A DNA stretch of 64,000 nucleotides, taken from Octopus sinensis (Eukaryota). This document shows positions 29,130 to 39,844 of this stretch, piece by piece. Under the pieces are notes generated by a model. The model was not told the origin of the DNA. It saw nothing but the letters and a program-made list of their open reading frames with translations, and searched no databases. Every line of letters begins with the position of its first letter. The first letter of the stretch is position 1. Location: assembly GCF_006345805.1 (NCBI RefSeq), contig NC_043009.1, positions 13,454,001 through 13,518,000 on the forward strand, in the 5' to 3' direction. A program made the translations under genes and the position numbers.

Positions 29130-30210
29130 TGTGCTCATTAATTACGTTACAACCAGACTGGCTGAGGAGAATATTAGCGCTAGAGTTGTAGGCGCACGAT
29201 TCGGATTTTGGGTTTTTGTTCCCTACATTCAGAATCTCAACCGTTTGAGGACAATGTCGATTATTACAATAAATCCGAGAATTTATGTCATCTTTATCGT
29301 GTGTTATTTTATTATATTTATTCGTTTTACAGACGTCGATGCATTCGCAAGACTTAAAGTTGTCAAATATGAATATAATTATTTACCAACTCAAAAATCC
29401 CTAATATTTGTGGTTCGGAGTTGTACCCGAAAATTGTAGGTAATTTTGGCCTTATGCTTTTTGTATTCGGTGAATTAAACCAAATTATTTTCCTTTTTCT
29501 CTTTTCAGAGTTCTTGCTTTTTAGTTTTCATTTTGTGGTTGTTGGTAACTTTTACAGGAGATGTACCGTAAAAAACATTGTGAGTTTTCTTGGAGTTGTG
29601 ACTCTTGAGTTTTCAGTTTTAGATATGTCACAATGGATTGACTCTTTTTTCATTTTATCCTACACTTAAAATTAGATTTTATATTAAAATTAGACGTATT
29701 ATGATAATTTGTTTCAAGCATATTTTTACATATTATATTTTCTATATTATATTTTCTACTTTCACTTTTTATTTCACAAGAGATTTCAACTCTGTAATTG
29801 GCTTAATATAGTCCTTAAGAGTTTTGATTCGTTAATTTTGTTTGCTGTATTTATTTATGTCCGACTATCCATAAATTTATTGCTTTTGTTTCTGGGCATA
29901 TTTTAAAAATTATTTTAAACCCTTGATCGACTGCTAGTTAAATTATCATTGCGGTTAATGATATTAGATAATGCGATTACGTTAGTATTATCATAACCTC
30001 GTTTATTCATATTTGGAAGGTTGAGTTACAGGGATGTGTGGTTTATTAATATTCTTTACATGCTCATATTTAGAATCAATGCTAAAATTGTATCAGAGAA
30101 TACAATAAACTGGATGTTATCTTCAAAGCATCTTTTTAACAGAGCATCATTGTAATGTTAAGGATTATTATTAAATATGTCATCGTTAGAGGATAGTTTG
30201 GATATATCAC
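29130..30210 (-). mobile_element. Decayed Penelope-like element (post-RT linker region)
   Basis: Minus strand ISKLSSNDDIFNNNP*HYNDAL (~30140-30210) and KRKRKIIWFNSP (~29470-29505), motifs typical of PLE thumb/linker regions. Confidence 0.55.
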
Positions 30211-30610
30211 TTACAAAGTGGTGCCCCGACATTGCTGCAGCCCAATGATTAAAACAAGAATAAAAATAAAAATAAATTTTGTAGATTTTGGATGAGTGGA
30301 GGCCGCTGTTCAACGAAAGTGAAAACCACTGTTTAAATCCAGCGTGAATGAAACACGTGGAAATATTTAATTTTTGATGTTTAAATATAATATAAACAAA
30401 AATCTAAATCTGATGTATTCTGTTCTTAGATATACGTTCTCAAATTTATTCAAATGTATTTTCTGCAACCCCACCTAGCAGAAAGATTCGGAAGAGAAAT
30501 TATGCTAAGATATGATTGGAATTGGTTTATATAGAGAGATTTACATTCAGTTTAGAACATCGGTTACCAGTTCTGTCATCGCATCGAATATATCAATTTT
30601 TTCACACATA

Positions 30611-31060
30611 CAAGGTTTGGACAAAATAATGAAAGCGCCTTAAAATTTCAAACAAATTCACTTCAATATAGGGTAGGACTGCCTTTTGCTATAGTTACAG
30701 CTTGAAGCCCATGAGTTATGGACTCGTACAAAATTTCAATTGTTTCCAAATGAAGTTTTGTCCATTCTTTAGCTAAAATAGTCTCCAGTTTTTGTAGATA
30801 TGATGGTGGAGGATATCGACTCCGTATTTGTTTTTCTAAAATGAAACTATAAATGTTCAATAATATTGAGATCTGGGGACTGTGGTGGCCCGATAAGATG
30901 TTCACCTTCACTAGAATGTTCTTCGTGACGTTCAGTAACAATTTTAGTTGTGTGAATTGGTGCATTATCATCCTGAAAGATGATAGGACGAATAGGACGA
31001 ATTTGATCAGATAAAATACTTAAGTAGTCTTGGCCATTAATTCTGCCATGAAAGGAAACT
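30611..31060 (-). mobile_element. Tc1-like transposon 3' half with DD36E spacing
   Basis: Minus strand FQDDNAPIHTTKIVTERHEEHSSEGEHLIGPPQSPDLNIIEHL has 36 residues between D (30967-30969) and E (30856-30858). C-terminus ILEKQIRSRYPPP...AKGSPTLY*; TIR-like CAAGGTTTGGACAAAATAATG at 30611. Confidence 0.85.
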
Positions 31061-31147
31061 ATAGCTCTTTTATCTTAATAACGGTCAATCACAGAGAAAT
31101 TTCCTTTTATTTAACGATCATTTTCATAGAATATTTTCTGATGGCCG

Positions 31148-31208
31148 GATAACTGAAGAGATGGCGCCGTGGATTTCCACCCCGACATCCGAAACTCGGA
31201 GTTTTATC
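31148..31208 (+). ncRNA. Minimal type-I hammerhead ribozyme (complete), in a ~170-bp PLE-type repeat (to ~31315)
   Basis: Stem I GATAA/TTATC, core CTGAAGA (31153-31159), stem II G-ATG/CAT-(C)-C with one bulge, GAAA (31191-31194), palindromic stem III CTC-G-GAG, GUU triplet 31201-31203. Confidence 0.75.
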
Positions 31209-32453
31209 ATGGCTCCCGAATAATAGTGGCATATTACATTTACAGATAGTTTCCTCTATTAACATAATATTGAGATCTCTTTCATTCATTTGTTGTCTTA
31301 CCATTTCTATCAATATATATATACATAATACAAAATAAGAAAATGGAGGAATAGATTCCTTTCAATCATCAACTTCCAGATAATACCAATTCATATAATT
31401 TATTAACTAATTAATTAAATTATATAGGAACATCCAAATCCAACAGAATAAGACAGAATAAAACAAAATACATCAATAAGTAAGATAATACCATAAAAAT
31501 AATACATATAAAATGGATCTTACAGCTGTAAGTCTATAACAGCTATTTTGATTATTATCACCCCACGGATTTTTACGGATAACACCATACAAAAATTCTT
31601 GTGCATCTAAATTAAGTACCATATTCATTTGAATCTAAATTTTTACTGAACTTATATATATATAATTTGAATAATGAGCGTGATAAATTGCATATTTATT
31701 TAATTAACATCAATTTATATATATACATATATATACATCTCCTTAAAAAAAGAAAAAATATAAAGCGATTATCTCCCTTATACCGGAAGAAATCCCTGAT
31801 TACCCTCCCCTGCCCGGAACTCATCTTATAACTTCATAACGAAGTACAAATCTTGCATATAAATGTACTGTGCACACAAGGGGAGAGCTCTATGTTTGCA
31901 TTGGGTAGACGGCAGATTAATTTAAGAGTCGTTCTCGTAACAATGTTGCCAACATTAAGACAATCAATGAGAGACATTCAACATATTTGGCAGATTTTGT
32001 ATGGTGAGTGAAGAAGGATAAAACGAAGTACAGCATTAATTGGTCCATAGTGGGGTATTCGAAACCATACAAAATAATTTCAAGGAGATGCCGTCTCTGC
32101 TCCGAGGAATCCATGTCTATTCTGTGGACTAACTAGAAGATAATTAATAGAATTTCTGAACGACTCTCGAGAGGCCTACGCGCTAATAAATGTACATTCG
32201 CATAATGCAGGGTGAATGAATTTTGAGTAACCGTTCACCTAACTTAATTTACTTTAAGATATGGATGACTTAAGTTTAGTTTTAACCTCCCCATTCTTAT
32301 AAACACCAAGTAGATAACTGAGTGCAGCAAACCCCACGTATGCGTATGCTCACTTTTTTGTGGATGCTTGTATGAGCGAGTGTACTCCCGGCATGCATCT
32401 TGCCCTAGGACGTTTATACATCCATATCTGTTAACGGTTATTCTAAATACTTT

Positions 32454-32547
32454 TCTCGCTGGATTGAATGTTCGTTTCTCTATATAAGATGATCAAAAAT
32501 GAAATCACAGATGGCAAAAAGAGAAACGAACATTCAATCCAGCGAGA
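32454..32547. repeat. Perfect 28-bp inverted repeat, 38-nt loop
   Basis: TCTCGCTGGATTGAATGTTCGTTTCTCT (32454-32481) with its exact reverse complement at 32520-32547. Confidence 0.9.
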
Positions 32548-32721
32548 TATTTCATCCGTCTGGCTAATTTTCTCTCTACAAGACGGAAAGTTACATTGCG
32601 GAGCAGTCATTTTAACGAGTTGTTTTTATTTATTTATCACCGGACGAGAGACATCTGCACCACCGGATGTTCCTGAATCAGTTGTTGAGTGTCCCACCCA
32701 AGAAGAATCGATGCTAGATCT

Positions 32722-32861
32722 GCTGAAACAATTGTCGTGATTAATGATAAATTCTCGTATATACCATTTTTTGTCTTTCATTTGCTGTATATATATAGCA
32801 AATGAAAGACAAAAGATGGAATATACGAGAATTTATTACTAATCACGACAATTGTTTCAGC
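32722..32861. repeat. 65-bp-arm fold-back palindrome centred on (TA)n
   Basis: Arms 32722-32786 and 32797-32861, with about 4 mismatches or wobbles. The arm is homologous to the single copy at 37375-37465. Confidence 0.88.
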
Positions 32862-33715
32862 TCGGTATATTCATATTTATGATATACGAAATATGCTTAA
32901 GCTAAAATTGTTAATATTTAATATATGAATTTTTACATATTCCTTTAACTTAACTTTCTTTTATTAATACCAATAATTACCATTTAATAAATAATTATAA
33001 ATATATGTTAAGTTAGTATTTGAATATATAGGAAGACATCTCCTCCATTTGGCTAACGACATACATTCTGTGTCCGATTAGTATGTGCGTGGAGAGTTCA
33101 TCGCTTCCATCGGTAGTCTTACGTGATACACACGGACTTGAGTTCTTGGGTTGTTACTCGTATTTAAATTAAAGGTGACACCAAAAAATTCATAATTTTT
33201 GTGTTAGTATCAAACATTGAAATTAAAAAAGGAGAAGTTCTCTGAAAATGATTTTTAAGATTCATTTTTTATACGGAGGACTGAATTCTGAAACGGCCGT
33301 AGGAATATTTTCTTTTAATATGTAACCTAAAACTTTTTTGACGCCTGTTATTTTCTCTTCACTATATTTTTTAGTAAAAAAGGTTTTTATCAACAACCCT
33401 ATACTTCATTATATTCCTATATTTATATGTCCATATATATTTTTAATATTCATATATTTTTATATTTTCCTATGTATTTTTATGTGTATTTTTAATTTAT
33501 CAATATGTGTTTTTTGGACAATTTTTATCTTAATTAAATCCGTATATATATGCGTTCATTGTAGCTTGCCTGATGTGAACTTTCTCAATTCCAATCATTA
33601 TAAATAAATATACATAAGTATGTGTGTGTACAGTAAATATATATATTTACTATACAGATGTGCTTGTATTCATATGCATATGTAATTAATATCATTGTTG
33701 TTAATGATGCTTTTT

Positions 33716-33836
<121 letters not shown>

Positions 33837-34094
33837 GACGTTATTCATTATTGATATATGATAACGTTGATGGCATATGTTTCCAAAAGGGAGATACAAT
33901 TTGATACATTTTGTTCTGTTTTTTGGTGGGTGGGGGGCCAATAAAATGATTAAAGCCTGACTAAAATGCTGCAAGTTTTGAAAGATTTAACTGGAAATCG
34001 TTCGATATGTAGATTGAGAAGTTAAAATTCGAACTGGGGGAAAAATAGGTAAATGATACGTTTCTTTCTCGAGTTCACTATACTCATAAGGCAT

Positions 34095-34300
34095 GTTTAC
34101 GGGTTTCTGTGGAGTATATTTTACCCATCTGGATGGGAGTCCGGTCCACCGCAGGATTACTCATTTTTCACAGCTGATTGGACTGGAGCAACGGGAAATG
34201 AAATGTTTTCACAAGAGCACAACGTATCACCCGTTCCAGGAATCGAAAGCATAATTTTACCAGCATGAGTACAGCACCCTAACGACCAAGCCACACGCTG
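34095..34300 (-). mobile_element. tRNA-derived SINE, family 4, diverged
   Basis: Minus strand GCGTGTGGCTTGGTCGTTAGGGTG..TTTCGATTCCTGGAACGG..TTGTGCTCTTGTGAAAACATTT..GTTGCTCCAGTCC; homologous to 61650-61985. Confidence 0.7.
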
Positions 34301-35065
34301 GCGCAAGCTGGAGAAAATGCCATAGCTTTACACATGAAGACTTCATGAAAAAGGTTGTTCAATGACAGGAAGTCAGGTGATTCATTTTAAAGTACCCGGA
34401 AAGTAGTTATGTACAAGCTATGTTTTGTGACAGAAAGTGGCAATACTGAAAGCTGCAACATGCATCCTGTAAATAATTGTTTGTAAGATAGACTTCCTCT
34501 AAAGAGGGTAGGCAGTTATTTATTCCAGTACTGAGCTATAATTTGATATCACTCTCTGTATCTCTGACTCTTCAAACAGAGAAATACAATTGATTCCATT
34601 ATTATGGGTGGTTCGCTATCAGTAATTTAAATGTTAGTCTTGGTATTGAGCATATCGTTGTTCTTTATGAGCCCAGTTTATTTGAAGAATGTTTGAATAT
34701 ATTTTCTATTTATATATCTGAACGAATAAGTATGTTGTTTAAATCTTGGACTCAAATATCTATAAATTAAACTTATGACAGTTTTTACAGCGTTGTTGTA
34801 CTCCGTAGAGACTTTTGTAGAGAACGCCATTTTCTTGAAAACATTAACTCTAATGGAAAGTTATTCGTAGGAAAGCATTTTCATTGGGGCAGCGACTATA
34901 TGTCCCGTTGACTCTAGATATGAAAGCACGAAACGTTATCAAAATTAATATAGTGCACCATAACACAGTTTCTGTCGAATGTTTTATGGAAATTACTATT
35001 TTGTGAGGAAGTGTTGCCTTATTAGGCATCTCTGTATGTATGTTTGTGTATATGTGTATGTATAA

Positions 35066-35118
<53 letters not shown>

Positions 35119-35534
35119 CATTTGGTTGGTAAAATCCTATATATTATCAACCGCTTCTTCTTTCAGTTCGAGAAATCAATATAATCTATTATCCTCATCC
35201 TCATCTCTGCTTTAACTGTAAGTCCCTGTCGCCCTCTACGATAGCTATTGTCATAATCATCATCACAATTTCCGTATTCTTATCTCATCATCAATATGAA
35301 CATCATCGTCGTTGTCATCATCATCATCATCAGTAACATTTTTAACATCCGTTAAGCCTTTACCATCGTCATTATCATCAAAAATATGATAATCATCTTT
35401 ATGAACATAAAACTCAGGACCTTGTCTCCCGCCAAATCAAATAATACAGTAGGCACATCTACATAAACATTATTACTATTCTTAATTCTCGGCAGTCAGA
35501 TCAACCTTTTAATTTTACTATTAACTCTGCTACT

Positions 35535-35745
35535 CAAGGCGGCGCAATGGCAGAATCTTTAACAGGCCGGGCATAACACTTCGCGGCACAACGTCCATCT
35601 TTGCTTTCTGAATTAAAATTCGAATGAGATCGACTTTGCCTCTCAGGGTCGATAAAATAAGTACCAGTTAAGCACTGATGTCAATTTAATCGACTTACCT
35701 CCTACCCCGAACCTACTGGCTGTGTGCCAAAATTTGAAACTCTGA
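35535..35745 (+). mobile_element. tRNA-derived SINE, family 1 (tail B), diverged
   Basis: Head AAGGCGGCGCAATGGCAGAATC, core GATCGACTTTGCC..GGGTCGATAAAATAAGTACCAG and tail GTGCCAAAATTTGAAAC. Confidence 0.8.
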
Positions 35746-36109
35746 ACTCTGCTACTACAACCCTACCCATAATATCACCACCACTCAATACCATCAATAC
35801 CGTCTTTACTTCTGTCACTCAGGGCTAAGAACAATATTTCTACTTCAACCATTCCCATCACCAGTATTACTACGACCTCAGATTCCATGTGGCCATTCCT
35901 CAATGTCTTCATTACCGGTACTACAACTATTACACATCATTACCAACGCTACCAGTGGTGCTAATCTTATACAGTACCACCGTCATTTAAGAAAATTACT
36001 TCTGCCAACAACACCGCTGACACAACTACGCGACTATAACGCCAAACAATAAAGGACGGCCAAACATAAGGACTAGCAGAAAGCAATTTTAAACGGTACT
36101 TTACGGTCA

Positions 36110-36340
36110 TCGTTACAATGATAATGATGATCATGATGATCATCATCATCATCGTCATAGTCATCATTGACATCTTCGTCGTCGTCGTCATCACCATCAT
36201 CGATGTCATCGTCATCTTCGTCATAATCATCACCATCGTCATAATCATCATTGCCACCATCGTCAACATCGTCGTCGGCGTCGTCATCATCATCAACAAG
36301 AACATCAACATCACCACCGCTGTGGTCATCATCGTCAATC
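36110..36340. repeat. Degenerate (CAT/CGT)n trinucleotide tract
   Basis: Direct reading; explains the poly-D/I/M ORFs. Confidence 0.9.
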
Positions 36341-36639
36341 ACACCTACAGTAAAACTAAAGATACTGTATCACTTTTAAAACAATCATGATTGTAAAAGC
36401 AAAACTATCACTGTTATCAGAATCAAAGTATTACAATGCCATCCCGTAGAATCTAACACACATGACAATACAGACCGCAGTAAGATGAACAATGCTATCT
36501 ACGGAGTTATGAAATAAAATATTCATTTTGCTCTTACATATGGATGTAAAGCTGCGTCTTATATCCATGAAGAACCTGGTGCAGAGAAAATCGTTGACTA
36601 ACCATGTATATGTATGTATACATGTAGTTAAAGTTAATC

Positions 36640-36845
36640 CAAACATGAAAGCACAAAAAAACAACAAGGCGAAGACGTGGAACAAATATAGTATTATTGG
36701 ACGCTCAGGAAAGAAGGAAAGAAGGAGGGTTTAACGTTTCGAGCGGAGCTCTTCGTCGGAAACATAGGAGAAGGAAAGATCCAGAGAAGGGAAGACAGAG
36801 GAAAAAAAATCGCCAACGGTACACACGCGGTCACATTTTGAATGT
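36640..36845 (-). mobile_element. PLE-type terminal repeat with a hammerhead-like core
   Basis: Minus strand CCGACGA-A-GAGC-TCC-GCTC-GAAAC (36735-36759), then CTGAGCGTCCAATAATAC, similar to the tail at 46260-46340. Confidence 0.55.
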
Positions 36846-36954
36846 ATATACATATTCATTCTTGTACGTATAGATGTATACTTGTCTGTAAGTGTAGATG
36901 GGATTGTACGTATGCAGAACACACACACACGTACATATATGCATATATATATCA

Positions 36955-36976
36955 TTATTATCATTATTATTATTAT

Positions 36977-37018
<42 letters not shown>

Positions 37019-37019
37019 C

Positions 37020-37060
<41 letters not shown>

Positions 37061-37105
37061 CAGCAGCAGCAGCAGCATCAGCAGTAGTAGTAGTAGTAGT
37101 AGTAC

Positions 37106-37159
<54 letters not shown>

Positions 37160-37208
37160 CAGCAGCAGCAGCATCAGCATCAGCAGTAGTAGTAGTAGTG
37201 GTAGTAGT

Positions 37209-37297
<89 letters not shown>

Positions 37298-37298
37298 A
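36955..37298. repeat. Compound (TAT)n(TAG)n(CAG)n microsatellite with duplicated blocks
   Basis: Direct reading. Confidence 0.95.
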
Positions 37299-37374
37299 TT
37301 ATAAAACGTGCAGTATATCCGTGGTAGCTTACCGGTACAGCACGTTCACTTTCACAGTGTTTGTTGTGTATTTG

Positions 37375-37465
37375 GTTAAAAAGACGGAAGATGGAAAATA
37401 CGAGAATCCTTATTAATCACTACAATTGTTTCAATCCATTTAGCATCGATTTCTAACGGGTGGGT
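37375..37465. repeat. Single copy of the repeat that forms the 32722-32861 palindrome
   Basis: AAGACGGAAGATGGAAAATACGAGAATCCTTATTAATCACTACAATTGTTTCA versus AAGACAAAAGATGGAATATACGAGAATTTATTACTAATCACGACAATTGTTTCA. Confidence 0.75.
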
Positions 37466-37715
37466 TAATTAACAATTGGTTTAGGAGCATCCGTCGGTGT
37501 AGGGGTATTTCTTAGGGTGATAATTAGATATATCTCTTTAAAATAGTGACTTCCGCAAGCTATCTTCTCGGTTCGTGTATAGAAACGCTGTAAATTAAAG
37601 TATATAGCTTCATTTATATAGAAGATCAATAATAAAAAAATAACAGATGCAAAAGATGAAAGAATACACAATACAGAGAAAAACGTATTAAACATAAACG
37701 ATAAAAGAAATGTAA

Positions 37716-37782
37716 TTCTTTATTGCCCACAAGGGGCTAAACATAGAGGGGACAAACAAGGACAGACAAAGGGATTAAGTCG
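37716..37782 (-). mobile_element. SINE family 1 tail-A fragment
   Basis: TTCTTTATTGCCCACAAGGGGCTAAACATAGAGGGGACAAACAAGGACAG, matching 59489-59538. Confidence 0.85.
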
Positions 37783-38087
37783 GTTTACGGTAACAAACCA
37801 GAGACCCTGGTGCAACTGAAGGAGAACATCAATAGAGAAATCAGAAACGTGGGGTCTGAAATTTATGGTGGAAATTTTGGTAAGAGCACGGGCTTCCGAA
37901 GCCTAAATTGGCTGCCATTTAAGCGATCTCATTTTTCATATTTGATGTAAGGGTGTTGTAAAATTTGACATGTGCAGATTAATTTCCATTACGTCCTTTA
38001 TACTGTATCAAGATTTCATGCATTTATTTGTAAAGTTAAGGAAGTTATTAAAATTTGAAACCCATCAGTGACTTTTGGGACTCCCTG
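37783..38087 (+). mobile_element. Mariner-like element 3' end with right TIR
   Basis: Peptide VYGNKPETLVQLKENINREIRN..CHLSDLIFHI*, ending ..TTTTGGGACTCCCTG next to (TA)n. Confidence 0.65.
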
Positions 38088-38127
38088 CATATATATGTAT
38101 ATGCACACACACACAAACACACACACA

Positions 38128-38183
<56 letters not shown>

Positions 38184-38253
38184 CATAGACATATGTACAT
38201 ATATCTATATATGTATACATATATATATATGTCTACATATATGTGTGTGTATA

Positions 38254-38286
<33 letters not shown>

Positions 38287-38289
38287 GTG

Positions 38290-38809
38290 TACTAAGCGTG
38301 GAGAAAGACCTACAGAGATAAAGAGCCACTAATCTTGTAGTGAACACAGAATTCTTCAGCAGGGCTGCAACCCGCCACAGTGAATCATTGGGGAGTGGAA
38401 TCGTTTGGGGTAAGTGTATAAACATGATCTCCTTGTACCCGATGAGAAGTTAAAATTAGAAAAGTTGTCTCTGGTTCGATCTTCCATTCCATGTAGAATT
38501 TTCCGCTAATACAGCGAAGATCTTTCTAACGCTAATCAAAACCATATCTTCAGAAACCAAATATATCATAAACTCCTAAATTCCCAGAGCATCAAGTTTA
38601 GCTATCTATGATAATGTAAGATACAATAGATATCACACATTCCAGCAGATGCGAATAAGTATACACCCACACCCACACAGAGTCTCCACTTATTGTAACA
38701 AACTGTAATTTCAGAAATTTGATTACTGCCACTTAAGTTGGTCTTACTTTTCAAATTTTGTGGTAAGTGGATATATATATATAATATATATATATATAAT
38801 ATATATATA

Positions 38810-38852
<43 letters not shown>

Positions 38853-39085
38853 TATATATGCATATATATAAATCCACTTACTCACCATAGTGGAATCATA
38901 GGACATTAAACTAGTATGACTGCATGTAACCAACTGTGTTTCTTTGAGAAACTGTACTTTAAACATGTAGCCACAAATGAACAAGCTAAAAAAAAGGGAA
39001 TTTAAACAACTTGTTAGGGATTTCAATATTTTAATTACTGGTAACCCAAGGCATGCCACCTACGGTCTAGCTGGTCTCACGGGCA
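38290..39085 (-). mobile_element. Unclassified ~700-bp dispersed repeat, copy 1 (interrupted by (TA)n)
   Basis: Colinear homology with 48560-49242, e.g. GATTAGCGTTAGAAAG.TCTTCGCTGTATTAGCGGAAA and TTGGGTTACCAGTAATTAAA. Confidence 0.75.
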
Positions 39086-39408
39086 ATTGCTATCACCAGA
39101 GTATTACATAACACAGAATGAAAACTAATTGCTTAACAAACTGCCCACAACTTGTTCGGTGTACAATCTATTAGACCCAGTGTAAAAAAATGGTGTCGCT
39201 ATATATATATATATATAGCTATATATATATATATATAGCTATATATATATATATATAGCGGTAACGATGTGTTACCGCTACTGTATATAACTCACTTTGA
39301 TATTTATCATTGTTTGATTTCACTTTTTCAATATCAGCGACAGTGGACGCTGGAAAAAGTATAAGTATTTGTGAAGGAAATCTAATTCTCGGCGACAACT
39401 ATGATTGC

Positions 39409-39453
39409 CACACGCTGACGAGAGGTCAATACCTCGAAACTCGAGTCCGTGTG
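39409..39453 (+). ncRNA. Minimal type-I hammerhead ribozyme, fully canonical
   Basis: Stem I CACACG (39409-14)/CGTGTG (39448-53), core CTGACGA (39415-21), stem II GAGGT-CAAT-ACCTC, GAAA (39436-39), loopless palindromic stem III CTCGAG, GUC triplet (39445-47). Confidence 0.92.
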
Positions 39454-39806
39454 TATCATAAGTTGAAGACGGGAAGGATGACTTCCCTTTGCAAATACTG
39501 ACAGGACACAGATAGTGTGTCTATGGCCAGCTGGAGGAGTGTGTCCTCCTGGGGCTAAAAACTACAGTAGCATCCACCCTTAGGGGTTAGCCATATTGAA
39601 ATGGCAAAAATACGTCACTATATATATATATATATTAGCCAGCAGAATACCGACGCAATGAATTTCAAGATAATGTCAAATTTTTATTAAATGCTTGTAT
39701 GATATTCCATGTAACTTATACCATATATACCTCTATATCTATTTATCTATCTATCTATCTAAATTTATATCTTTATACACACACACATATACACACACAC
39801 ACAAAC

Positions 39807-39844
<38 letters not shown>

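Noticed and set aside
29162-29206. CTGAGGA-GAAT..ATTC-GGAT
   Set aside because: GAAA is replaced by GGAT, there is no stem I/III, and it is antisense to the adjacent PLE relic; probably chance.
35967-36390. Poly-Asp, poly-Met/Thr and poly-Ile ORFs
   Set aside because: All three frames reflect one degenerate (CAT)n tract.
36731-37416. Poly-Ser, poly-Leu and poly-Val/Ala ORFs of 140-172 aa
   Set aside because: They are translations of the (TAG/CAG)n array.
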